Below are positions 1-11,273 of a stretch of DNA of 64,000 nucleotides, one piece after another. How positions within the stretch are numbered: the first letter of the stretch is position 1; each line of letters opens with the position of its first letter. The DNA is from an uncultured bacterium (GTDB taxonomy: Bacteria; Verrucomicrobiota; Verrucomicrobiia; Limisphaerales; UBA8199). The DNA is taken from positions 512,001 to 576,000 of the forward strand of contig CAVVMW010000006.1 in NCBI GenBank assembly GCA_963749495.1, in the 5' to 3' direction. The position numbers and the translations under genes are program-made. The notes beneath the pieces are model-generated. The model was not told the DNA's origin. It did no database searches and saw only the letters and a program-made list of their open reading frames with translations.

Positions 1-3000
1 GTGAACACCTTGAAGCTGGTCCGGGCCAGGACTTGCTCGGCGTCCAGTTGGGAGACCATCCGCTCGACGGCCGCAAAGACCTCGCGCCCGCCCGTGACCA
101 GCAGTGTGCTGGTCCGGTCATCGGGCGTGACGGTGACGGGCATGCTGCGCTCGGTGGTCCCGGCGGCCGACTCACCGGAGCGTTTGGCGCTAAAGAACTG
201 CTGGAGCACGGTGGCCAACTGCGAGGCCTTGGCGTGCTTGAGCTGGAAGAGGCGGATGTCGGCGGCATCCGTATAGTTCTGCGAATCGATTTGCTTGATC
301 AACTCCCTGACGACCATGAGGTTCTCTGGACTGGCGGAGATGATGAGGGTATTGGAGCGCGCATCCACTGTGACCGCGATGGCATCGCGGGCGGTGCGGC
401 GGGAGCCGGCGGCCATCATGCCCGGCCGATAGACACCCTGGTCGATGAGCGAGCGCAGCATGGTGGCCGCCCGCTGGGCGTCGGCCTGTTTGAGCGTGAA
501 GGTCTGGATGAGGCCCTCCTGCGCCACCGGCTCGACATCGAGCTGGGTGATGAGGTTGCGGGCGATGTCGAGGTTCTCGCGGTTGGCGGAGATGATGAGG
601 GCGTTACTGAGCGGATCGGCCTCGACATAAACCTGGTCCTGGGGCATCGGCGGCTGGCCTGGGGCGACGGTGCTCTGGCGGTGGGCGGCAAACACGCTGG
701 TGAGCATGGCGGCAACCTGGGACGAATCGTTGTGCCGCAGGCCGATGATCGTAATCGAGACGGCGGGATTCTGGGGCTCGCGGTCCAGCTTTTCCAGCAG
801 CACGTCCAGCACCCGGTTGTCCTCGACGCCGGCGGACACCAGGAGGCTGTTGCTGCGCGGGTCGGGGATGATGACCGGCCGGTTGCGCCGCGCCTCGGGC
901 GAGCGCGCGGCCTGGGCGCGCTGGCTGAAGAGGGTGGTCAGCGCCAGGCTGAGCGTCTGCGCCGTGGCGTGCTGGAGCGGCACCAGGCGAATCTGCCCGG
1001 CCAGGGACACGTCCTCCTGGTCCAGGTGCTCCAGCAGGTTGGTCACCATGGTAAAGACTGTTTCGTTGCCCGCGACAATCAGCGAGTCGGTCCGGTCGTC
1101 CACGGTGACGTTAGGCCGCTCCTCGGGCCGCATTTTCGAGAAACCGGGCCCCTGGTAGAGCTCGGTGATCAATCGCTGGAGCGTGGCGGCGTCGGCATAC
1201 TTCAACGGGAAAACCCGCACGTGGGCCATGGCAGGGACGGTGTCCATCATGGCGATGACGGAACTCAGGGCCTTGAGATTGTCGGCGGTTGAAACCAGGA
1301 CCAAACGGTTGGCGCCCTCCTGCGAGCCCTGGAGCGGGTCGGCCAGGATCTTGATCGGCTTGGTCAGGTCCAGGATGATCGGTTCGCCCTGTTCATTGTG
1401 GAGCTTCAAGCGGCGGACCTGCTCCTGGAGTTCGCGCGCCTCGACGGTCACTTCGCCCTGGGTCCCCGGCCGGAGCATGCCCTGAAGGATGCCCGCAAGC
1501 TGGGGGGCATTGGCGTTCTTGAGTTGACAGAGCAGCACCTCGGCCTCCGCGTAATTGGCCGCGGCATCCAATCGCTTTATCATCGCCTCGATTTGGTCGA
1601 GCACGTTGCTGCGGGCGACCACGAAGATGGCCTGGCCTCTCGGGTCGGGCGCCACGGTCACCGGCTCGCCGGGGCGGGCCATGCGGAATTGGGTCATGAC
1701 CTGGGTGAGCAACGGCTGGAGCTTCTCGGCATGGACATTCTCCAGCGGCACCAGCCTGAAACCGAGCTGGGCATTGAGGCCCGCCACATCGAGTTGCTTG
1801 AGCAGCGGCTCGATGAGCGAAAAGTCGTTGGGATGAGCGCGCACGATGATGCTGCGCGTGCGCGGTTCGGCCACGACGAGAATCCGCGCGGGCGGCGCCG
1901 GGATGACCGGTTGTCCGGGCGCTTGGGCCTGGGCGGCCCTGCGGCCGCCACGGCCACCGCCGCCGCCGCCGCCCAGGGCCGGCTGGCCCTGGTCGGGACG
2001 AAACAGCTCGTTAAAGGTCCGGGCAACCACGATCGGGTCCGCCTCGGAGAGCGCGTAGATGCGCAACTCGGTGTCGTGGCTGGCGGCGGAGCGTGTCAGG
2101 TCGCGGATGATGCTCTGAATCTGGTCCAACTCGTGTACCGGCCCGGACAAGAGCAAGGCATTGGAGGCCTGGTCCACCGCCACGACGACCTCGGGAAAAA
2201 AAGGGGCGGCCGAGGGCGGGTTGGCGGCGGACAGGGCCTCCATGGCGGCCCGCGTGTCGTTGGTGAGCGAGGCCGGCGCGTTGCTGCGGGTAATCGAGAT
2301 GGGCGCCATCCTGAGAACGGTCTTGTCCTTGGGCCGGGGAGGGAGGCGATCGACGAGCCTGATTTCACCCGTGGCAAGTTGCGAATAGACATTGGTGAGC
2401 ATGGCCGCCATCTGCGCGGCGGGCACTTTGTCCAGGGCCACCATGCGCACCTGCAGGGTGCGATCCACGGCGGCCTCGTCGTAGCGCCGGATCATCTCTT
2501 CGATGGTGGGGAAGTCCTCCTGCGGCGCGATGACCGTGAGGGTGTTCGAGTAATAGTCCGCCTCGGCGCTCACACGCTGATCTCTAGGCCGGTCCGAGAA
2601 GAGGGCCTCCAGTTTGGAGGCCAGTTCGTAGGGGTCGGCATTGACCAGGGTATAGAGGTTCATGCTGCGGTCGGGGCGTTTGGGGGCCGTGTCCAGGGTC
2701 GTGAGGAGCTTTTCGATGATCTTGAACGACTCCGGGGCGGCAGAGATGACGAGGCTGTTGGAGCGGTCATCCACGGCCATGGTCACCGGCACCGTTTGCG
2801 TGGCGCGGCCGAAGCGGGACTGGCTGCGGGTGAGGGCCTCGAGCATCTGTCCCAGGACGCGCGAGACCTGCTGCGGGTTGCCGTTCTGGAGCCGGTAGAT
2901 GTGAAACTCGATGTCGCCGTTGGAACTCTCCCGGTCCAGGTCCTGGATGATCTTCAATATTTCTTCCACCTCGGAGGGCTGCCCCTCGATGATGAGGCTG

Positions 3001-6000
3001 TTGGAGGACATGATCGGTGTGATGGTAGTGCGCCGGGTCTTGTTGCGCGTGTCCCGGCCTTCCAGCGCCTTGTTGACCGCCTCGGCGACGGCCTCCGGCT
3101 TGGCCTTGCTCAGGTGCACCGTGCGGATGGTCGAGGAGGGGTCGGTCCTCTCCTTGTCCAGGCTGGTGATGAGTTGTTCGGCCAGGCGCAGCTTGTCGGG
3201 CGGGCCCTGGAGGACGACGGCGTTGAGGGCGGGGGCCGTGGCGATGCGCAGCTTGCCGTAGTCGGTCACGGCGCCCATGGTGTTCACGAAGGCGCCGCGC
3301 GCACGGTTCGGATTGGGCGGCGCCTCCTCGTGCAGCATCGTGTCCAACAACTGCACCATCTGGTCCGGGTCGCAGAACTTGAGCCTGAATGTGCGAATCT
3401 CGGTGGCCACCTCGACCGAGGCGCGGAGTTGTTTGATCAGTTCATCGATCTGCGTGAATTGCTCTTTGGTCGCCGCGACGATCAGGGTGTTGGAGGCGGT
3501 ATCGGCCTCGAACCGCGGCTGGGTCACCGGGCCGGGCCCTTTCTTCTGCCAATCCTGCCGTTCGGCGAAGAGCCGGGTGAGGCTGGCGACCATCTCGGTG
3601 GCCACGGCGCCGGTGAGTTGGTAGGTGCGGACCTCGAAGGCGCCGCGCGTGGGTTCGGCATCCAGCGTGAGGATGACCTCCTCCAGGTGCTGGAGCAGCG
3701 CGACGGGGGCCTCGACGACCAGGTTCCGGTCATTGGCGCCGGCGGTGACGATGACGCGCAGGCGCGGGTTTTCGGCGCGGAACTGGCGGCTGTAGAGTTG
3801 CTGGAGCAGGGTGGTGATCCAGGAGGCCGAGGCGTAGTTGAGGCTGAAGGTCTTGAGCTGGCGGTCGGATTGGTCCGGGGCGACATCCAACTGCGCGGCC
3901 AGGTCCTGGATGAGTTTGTGCTGGGCGGCCGTGGCCGTGATGATGAGGCGGTCGTTGTAATCGTCGGGCAGGATCATCGCCTCCAAACCCGACGCCTCGG
4001 GGAGGCTCCTGGCCTGGTCCTGATAGAGCGGCCGCATCTTGGTGACCAGTTCGCTGGCCGGGCATGCACTTGACCTGGATGATGCGCATCAGGCGCTCGG
4101 CCGGCTGGTTGGAGTCCAGTTGCTTGAGCAGGTTGTCGATCACCTTGAACATGTCGGCCGTGGCGGAAATGATGAGGCTGTTGGACCGCTCATCCACGGC
4201 CACCGTGGTTGGCGGCTCCGGGTCAACCCGCCCCCTGACGGTTTTGCTGCGGGACAGCGTATCGAGCATCTGGTTGAGCGTCCGCGAGATCTCGCCGGCG
4301 TTACCCTTCTCCATGTGGTAGATGTGGAATTCGATGGTGGCGCTGGAACTCTCCTCGTCGAGTTGCTGAATCACCTGCATCACCTCTTGGACCTCGGCGG
4401 GCGGCCCATCCACCAGCAGGGTGTTGGAGGCGCTGACCGGGAGGATCAGGCTCTTGCGGGTTTGGCCGGGCACGGTGCGGCCCTGCAGAATACGGGAGAC
4501 CGCCTCGGCGGTGGCTTGCGCCGGGGCCTTCTTGAGGCGCACGGTGTGGAGGGTTGACATCGATTCGACCTGCTCCTTGTCGAAATCATGGATGAGCATC
4601 TCGGCCACGCGCAACTTTTCCGGCGGACCTTGGATGACGATGGCATTGAGGGCGGGAGCGGTGGTGATGCGCACCTTGCCGACCTCGGCGATGGGCCCGC
4701 CGCCCAAGGGGGAGTTGCGGTAGCGGCGGTATTGATTGGCCGGCGCCGGACTCTGATCCTGGAGCATCGTCACCAGCAACTGCATCATCTGGCCGGGGTC
4801 GCTGTACTTGAGCGTGAACGTGCGGACCTCGGTGGCCACTTCCACCGAGGCGCGCAGTTCCTTGATCAACTGATCGATCTGGTCGAACTGCTCTTGGGTT
4901 GCCGCCACGATGAGCGAGTTAGAGGCCGGGTCCGATTCGAACTGGGGCCGTCCGGCGCCGGGGCCACCCCGGCCCGGGAGGTTGGAATAAAGCCGGGACA
5001 GCGTTTGGGCCATGTCGGCGGAATTGGCCTCGGACAGTTGATAGGTGCGCACCTCGATCGGGCCTTTGGTCGGCTCGACATCCAGCACGGCAATCGCCTC
5101 CTCCAGGCGCTGGATCATGGCGGGCACGGCCTCGATGAGGACGGTCCGGTCGTCATTGGAGGCGGCCGCCAGCACTCGCAGCCGGGGGTCATCCATCCGG
5201 AATTGCCGCCCATAGAGCTGCATGAGCATCTGGGCGATGGAGTTGGCCGAGGTGTATTTCAGGGTAATGGCCTTGATCTGGCGGCCAAAAGGGAGCGCCC
5301 CGCCCTCAGAACGGTTGGTGCGGCTGCCACGGTCGGTCGCGCCATCTCCATCGAGGCGTTGGACCAGCTTTTCGATCTCCTCCAATTGGCTGGCGGCCGG
5401 CGCGGTGACGATCAGACGGTCGCTGGCCAGATCCACGATCAGGTGGGCCTTGGTGGCTGAGGACGCCGCACTTTCCCCCTCGGCCGCTACCGAGGGCATC
5501 GCCTGGCGCAGCATCCGCGCCATCGCCGTCGCCGAGATGGATTGCGGGGTGAAGATCTTCACCTCGCCCGCCTGCACGCCGCTCTTGTCCTCGAACTGCT
5601 TGATCAACGTCTCCGCCAGGCCGATGCGGTCGGCCGGGCCGAAGAGCACCAGCGTGCGCGAGGCCTCGTCGAACACCGCGGTGACATAGTCGGTGGGGTC
5701 GGCCGGGATCTGATGGTAGGTCTTGGTCTGCTGGTTGAACTCGACCCGGCGCGGGGCGGTGGCGATGCCAAAGGTGCGGTTGATCATGTCCACCAGGACG
5801 ACGCCGGAGGCATTGCGCAGGGTGAAACTGCGCATCTGCCGCTGGACCGGCGAGGCGGTATCGACTGCCGCCAGGAGGTTCTGGATGCGTTTGATGTTGG
5901 CCAGGTGATCGGTCACGATGAGGCCGCGCCCGCGCGAGAGCGGCGCGATGGCGCCCGCGTTGGAGAGCATCGAGCTGATCGACTGCGCTATCTCCTGGGC

Positions 6001-6645
6001 ATCCAGGTTTTGGAGCGAGAGCACCACCGTTACCACCTCGTCCGGCTGCACATCATCGGTCTTTTCCACACCGCGAAAGATGCGCAAATTCATTTGCGGC
6101 AAGTCCTTGAGCGGGACCAGCCGCAGGTAGCGGCCCGATTCCATGAGCATGACGCCTTTGAGCGAGAGGACGATGTTGAGCGTTTCGAGGGCCTCGGGAT
6201 AAGTGTAAGGCTTTGGGTCGTTGAAGGAGAGGGTCCCGTCGATCTTCGAGTCGGTGATCAGCGGCTTGTTCACCATCTGGGCGAACCGCGTGACCACGTC
6301 CATGTAGGGCAGGCCATCGAACTGGAAGCGAATGTTGTGGTCCTCCAGCTTGAAACCATTGGTCCCCGTGGCCGGGTCGGTGGCGAGGGCCGCCACGGCA
6401 TTGGTGGCTGGAGCGGCGGGTTCGGTGGCGGGTGCCGCCACGGCATTGGCGGTTGGCGCGGCCGGGACGGCAGCCGGAGTTGCGTCCGGGGCCACGGCAT
6501 TGGTTTGCGGCTGCGGATTGGCGCCGCCCGCGCTCTCCGCCGCCATGCCAAGGCCGGCGCCCAGGAACAACAGGCCTGATGCGATCAGCGCTGTCCCGGA
6601 GGGACAGTTGATGAAACTTAATAGTGTCCGATTGGTCAGGTTCAT
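1..6645 (-). CDS. gspD: Giant secretin-type (GspD-like) protein, N-terminal part: signal peptide, Ala/Pro linker, N0 and ~24 tandem KH-like secretin N-domains; runs off the window edge; one indel at ~4061
   Basis: ORF 3730..6645 shows N0 (IRFQFDGLPYMDVVTRFAQMVNKPL) and repeated '(V/I)RxFxLKYAxA...D..SN.LIV.A....I..LI..LD' units. Removing one base at 4060-4062 continues the frame (PASELVTKMRPLYQDQ...) to position 1 with the same repeats. It is the last gene of a gsp operon. The secretin barrel is not in the window. Confidence 0.85.
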
Positions 6646-6665
6646 AACAAACTCACTTTAAAAGG

Positions 6666-7640
6666 TCATGGTCGCTTGAGTTGGGCCGGGAGCTGCTCCG
6701 GGGCGATCTGGTATTGGGTGGACAGCGTCTGGCCGTGCTCGACCGCCCAATAGTTGGTTCCTATCTTGAGCACCACTCGGCTGTTGGAGAAGAGGCCCGG
6801 CTGGCCCGGCATCGGCAGGGTCCGGTAATCGATCATCACCACTTGCCCCCCGGCCAGGGTGTCGCCCGCCTTGAAACTGGAGATCTTCATGCTGCCCTGA
6901 TCGCAGACGTGGACTTCGGCCAGGCCCTGCCACTCGGAGAGGGAGACGACCCTCAAGGCATCCAGGGGGGAGCCCTGTCCGGAGGGGGGCGGGTCCGGGG
7001 CTGCCGGCTTGGGGATGTAAGGGCGGAGCAGGTCGCGCATGACGATGCCATCATAGGCGCGGCGCTGCGGACTATCGAGCGCGAAGTTGGGCTTGAGGTC
7101 CGCTTTGGGGGTCTGCCCCGCGACCTCGATTATCAGCGTCAGGTAGCGGAAACGGACCCGGACCCAGCCCGGGCGCTCGCCGGCCGAGAGGGCGAGGTTC
7201 TCCAGCCGATGGACCTGCGGGGTTTGCTCGAGCACGAAGAGCAGGTCGACCACCTTCGAGAGCGGGCCTTCGCCCTGGACGCTCCAGCCCACTTCCTGGG
7301 CGCCTCCCATCTTGCGCGGCCCCACCGGCATGCGGCTGAATTGCGCTTCCTGCAGCCCCAGCAGCACGATCTGGTCGGTGAGCATCTTGCCTGCCGCCGC
7401 CGTGGCGGTGTCGGCGTCACGCCCGAACACGCGCGGCGCCAGGCCCTTGAGATAGTCCTCCGCCACAGCACAGGCCCGCCGCTCCTTGTCGAGATGGTCT
7501 AAGGTGGCCAGCAGGACGTCGGTCTTGTCCTTCAGGCTCTTGAGCGGCTTGGCAAAGACGCTCCGGACAACGAACACGCCCGAAAAGAGCGCGACCACCA
7601 CGCCCACGGTCAGCAGCAGGTTTTTCTCGCGCTGCTTCAT
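6666..7640 (-). CDS. T2SS inner-membrane protein, GspM/PilO-like N-part with a possible GspC/PilP-like C-terminal beta domain
   Basis: MKQREKNLLLTVG-TM start typical of GspM/PilO, then coiled coil and 'VDLLFVLEQTPQVHRLENL'; C-terminal 'LRVVSLSEWQG...FKAGDTLAGGQVVMID'; lies between the L-like gene and gspD; ATGA overlap with the upstream gene. Confidence 0.65.
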   Translation of the reverse strand: MKQREKNLLLTVGVVVALFSGVFVVRSVFAKPLKSLKDKTDVLLATLDHLDKERRACAVAEDYLKGLAPRVFGRDADTATAAAGKMLTDQIVLLGLQEAQFSRMPVGPRKMGGAQEVGWSVQGEGPLSKVVDLLFVLEQTPQVHRLENLALSAGERPGWVRVRFRYLTLIIEVAGQTPKADLKPNFALDSPQRRAYDGIVMRDLLRPYIPKPAAPDPPPSGQGSPLDALRVVSLSEWQGLAEVHVCDQGSMKISSFKAGDTLAGGQVVMIDYRTLPMPGQPGLFSNSRVVLKIGTNYWAVEHGQTLSTQYQIAPEQLPAQLKRP

Positions 7641-9660
7641 GGCCGCTTGCGCTTTCGTTTCGGCTCGGTCGGGCCGGGGTTCTCTGTCGGACCGGCGTTG
7701 CTTGAAGGCGCTACTCCGGGGGTCGCGGGCTGAGGGTTGAGCACTGTTCCAACCTCGCGGTCTGCGCCGCTGGGTCCTGGCGCCACTGCGGGGGGGCCGG
7801 GCGGACGCTTGAGGGCTGCCCCGGAGTCGCGGCCTGCACCGCTTGCTTCCGGCATTACTGCAGAGGCGCGGGAGGCACGCTTGGGGGGCTCGAGCGAGCC
7901 GTCATCGGCCGGCCGCTCCGGCGCTTTCAACGCCACTGTATTGGTTTTGAGCTTGTCCGGCAGTCTCAGCTCGAGGCTGGACGCGAAGCCGTAGCCGTAG
8001 CGGTCCGAGAAAGGAGTGACCGCCAGCGGTTTGAGGTCATAGCCGGCCTCGCGCAGGCGCTTGTCGATCTGTGCCAGGATCTCTCCGCTGCGCGCCTGGA
8101 TGGAGAGGTGCAGCACACCGCGCGAGCCAGTCAGGACCGAGCTGGCATAAACATCGGTGCAGCCGGGCAGCAAGGCATTCAAGTAGGCGTAGTGGTCGAG
8201 CCAGTCCCGCTTGTCGAGCACCCAATCGTGAACAATCTTGGCCCTGAGCCGCATGTCGCGATAGACGTTGCGGTTCTTGGCCACCTGGTCGATCCGGGCC
8301 TGGATCCGGGCCATGGCCTTGCGGCGTTGGTGGATTAGGCCGGCGCGCAGCCCCCAGGCCGCGAAGAGCAGCACCGCCACGGCCACGCCCGCGCGGATGA
8401 GCAGCGTGCGACGCCGGTTGCGGGGCGCCGGGGGGCGCTTGGGGTGCAAAAACTCAAACGGCCAAGGCTTCTCATCCTGCGCGCTCAGGGCCAGGCCGAG
8501 CACCGTCAATGCCCCTGCCCCGTCCTGCGCGACATCCTCCTGCGCCGCAGCCAGGATGCCTGCGTCACCACCCAGCGCGCTCAGCGGATTGACCAGGCGG
8601 CAGGGCAGATTGCAGCGTTGCGCCAGCGCATTGACTATAGCCCCTTCCCGCCCGCTGGCGCCGGCGACCAGGATTTCCTCGACCGCCTCGTGGCGCTCGG
8701 GGCCCCGTAGTTGTGCAGGCTGCGCACGACCTCGATGAGAATCGTGTCGAGCAGGCCGGCCTCCAGGCCCGGAGCCGGCGCGGCTGTGGCAGGCGATTGG
8801 TCCCGAGAGACCCGCGGTTTGTTCCGCTCGAGCGCCGCCCCCGGCTCCGGCCCGGCCTCAGACGCCGCCACCGCCTTGTCCCGCCCTAGCGGCGCCGTCC
8901 GGCTGAAGGCCAGCGATTCACCGGCAATGACGTCGATGAGGACCTCCTCTTGTCTGAGCGACACCAGGGCAACGGTCCGGGGCCTGTTCTCCAGGCGGCA
9001 GGCGGCCAGCCCGCGCAAATTGGCATAGGAGTCCAGGCCCAGCGCGGCCAGCCTGAAGCCGGCGGCCTCAGCCGTGCGCCGGCAAAGCTCGACCACGTCC
9101 TTCTTTACGACGGCAACCAGCAAATCGAGCACGGCAGGGGCAGGCGAGGGCTCCGCCGGAGGTTGCTCGCCAGGACCAGTTGGCAGCGCCGGAGGAGCGG
9201 CCGGGCCGGGACGCTCGTCAACCTGGAAATCGATGACCGCGTCCTCGGGCCGGAAAGGCAGGTCCTTGCTGATTTGAAAATAGACCATGGCCGCCAGTTC
9301 TGCGGGCGTTGCGGGCTTTGGCAGCGAGAGTGTCCGCAGGAAGACCAGCCCCCTGGGAATGCCCATGACCACCGCGCCCGGCTTGAGCTTGAGCTGCTGG
9401 AGGGCCCGGGCCAGCGAGGCCCCGGCGGCTTGCGGATCGAAGTCCGGCTCTGCCAGTCCCATCGCGCCATCGAGCCGCTGGGCCGCAAACTGGACGATCT
9501 CGGCCTTGTCCCCGCGGCGGGCCGCTTGGGCGGCGCGGAGTGTGGGTCCGTCCCAGTCCAGCGCAATAATCGGCCCCCTGGACTTGATCGGGAAGGCCGG
9601 GCGCGCGCTCCACCGGGCCTGGAGTCGTTCGGCTGGTTTGGTCAGGTCGAGTTTGATCAC
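7637..9660 (-). CDS. PilM-PilN (GspL-like) fusion protein; indel at ~8703
   Basis: GTG at 9660 overlaps the gspK stop, with AGGAGA upstream. PilM actin-like motifs (IIALDWDG, LPFRPEDAVIDF, LLVAVVKKDVV). After the shift it reads EAVEEILVAGASG...LGLAL...FEFLHPKR, then a TM segment and PilN-like domain (ORF 7637..8509). Confidence 0.8.
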
Positions 9661-11273
9661 AAGCGGTCTCCTGCTAGATCGAACCACGCGACAATGGCAC
9701 AACCTTTGTCGCCTCCTTTGTCGAGAAGCGGGGCATTGGACAAAGGCCGCGACAAAGGCCGCGACGAAGGTCCAAAACCCTGCGGCCCTGGCGACGGTCC
9801 ATAGAAGGGCTGCCCTGCCGACACCTGCTCCGAGGCCGTGGGCTGGCTGTCCTGGTCGGCCGGGACGTTGGGGTTGAAGGGCAGCCCCAGGCGGCTGACA
9901 TCGCGCAGGAACAGCAGAGCGGGCGGTTTGGCAACCGCATCCACTATGGCCTCCAGGATGCAATAGTTGCCGGCCGGAATGGCATAAGCCGCCACCAGGA
10001 AATGGAATTGGCTGGGGCGCGTGGTCAAATAGGGGGCGACCTGTTTGAAGGCATCCGCATTCAGAAGCCCCTCCTGGTAGAGCCAGGCGGGGGTCTTGCC
10101 CGCATCCGGGCTCAGCCCCACGCGCGCTGAAACGATGGCTTCGGCCAGCGTCTCATTGAGCCCCGGCAGCGCGGCCAGGACCTTGGTGGAAGCCGTGTTC
10201 AGGTTCACCAGGCCGGTCAGCTTGGCCTGGTTGGTCGCCGTGCAACGGTCCAGGAGAATTGCCAACTCCTCCGCGCTGAGCGGCGAACTCTGCTGCGCTT
10301 CCTTGCCTTTGGCGTCCTTGGACTTGACGGCAGCGTCCAGCAGGTCCGCCGGATTGGCCAGCGGCGGCCCGTTCTGCCGGAGCACCTTGAGGAAGGCGAG
10401 CGTCGCCTCGGACAGGCCCAGGCTCGAAAGGTCGCCCTTGTTCACATCGATGCGCGGCCGACCTTCGTTGTCCTGGTTCAAGTCGTAAGTGGAGACTGTC
10501 AACAACTGGTTGAGCCCTATGTTCTGCTGGCTGTCCGGGTCCGGGCCCAGCACCGCCGCCAGGCTGTCGGCTTGCGAATCCGCGCGGCCGGTGAGGTTGG
10601 TGTAGTTGCCGTAAAGCAGCGGGGCGGTGAAACCGCTGACTTGCATCAACTCATCCAGGCAAGCCAAGGGGCGATTGGCGTCCTGCCCCGCCACAGGTGC
10701 AGCGGCCAAGTCCGCCTGGTTCGTGGCTGAGGGCGGTCCCGGGCCAACGGCAGCGGCGCGGCCCGCCCGGTTGGTGGCCGGGGGCGGTCCCGGGCCAACG
10801 GCAGCCTGCTGGTTGGTATCTGAGAGCGGTGGCGAACTCGCTCCGCCCCCCGCGGCGCTCAGCAGGCCCTGCGCCAGAGGGGCGGTCAGGTTCGGCAGCG
10901 CCTCCAACATCGATTCCGTGGCGTGATAGATATTGATCTTGCTCGCCTCGTCGGTCAGGCCGAAACGGACTCCGCCCGATTCAGTCACCGAATAGACCGA
11001 GAAATACCACTTCTGCACCCCATCGTCGTAAACGAGCTGGTCGCGGAAGGTGGCCGGATTGTCCTGCCATTGGCTGGCTCCGGAGGCGGCGTCCGCCGCC
11101 GCGAGCAACGCCCGCCAGACCCCGCTCATCGCCGCAGCCCGGACCTGGTCACCCCGCGCCCCCGCCGCCGCAGCCGTGTGTTCGGTCGTGAGCACAAACA
11201 ACAGGCTGGTCGCCACCATCAACGCCAGCATCACCACCACCAGGACAATGATCAGGACAAAGCCCCTTTTCAT
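9657..11273 (-). CDS. gspK: Type II secretion minor pseudopilin GspK (with helix-hairpin-helix segments)
   Basis: MKRGFVLIIVLVVV prepilin-like start lacking E5; 'GLTDEASKINI' and 'VNLNTASTKVLAALPGL' motifs. Confidence 0.85.
   Translation of the reverse strand: MKRGFVLIIVLVVVMLALMVATSLLFVLTTEHTAAAAGARGDQVRAAAMSGVWRALLAAADAASGASQWQDNPATFRDQLVYDDGVQKWYFSVYSVTESGGVRFGLTDEASKINIYHATESMLEALPNLTAPLAQGLLSAAGGGASSPPLSDTNQQAAVGPGPPPATNRAGRAAAVGPGPPSATNQADLAAAPVAGQDANRPLACLDELMQVSGFTAPLLYGNYTNLTGRADSQADSLAAVLGPDPDSQQNIGLNQLLTVSTYDLNQDNEGRPRIDVNKGDLSSLGLSEATLAFLKVLRQNGPPLANPADLLDAAVKSKDAKGKEAQQSSPLSAEELAILLDRCTATNQAKLTGLVNLNTASTKVLAALPGLNETLAEAIVSARVGLSPDAGKTPAWLYQEGLLNADAFKQVAPYLTTRPSQFHFLVAAYAIPAGNYCILEAIVDAVAKPPALLFLRDVSRLGLPFNPNVPADQDSQPTASEQVSAGQPFYGPSPGPQGFGPSSRPLSRPLSNAPLLDKGGDKGCAIVAWFDLAGDRL
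9697..9775. repeat. (CCTTTGTCGCGG)n / (CCGCGACAAAGG)n palindrome, inside the gspK 3' end
   Basis: Tandem 12-bp units on each arm of a hairpin; other copies at ~14240, ~23057, ~26500 and ~36346. Confidence 0.85.

Noticed and set aside
4055..4070. Programmed frameshift producing short and long secretin forms
   Set aside because: No slippery heptamer is present, and similar indels hit nadD and pheA.
33..6579. Long plus-strand ORFs (33..1292, 1398..4073, 5542..6579)
   Set aside because: Antisense shadows of the GC-rich giant secretin gene; no recognisable motifs.
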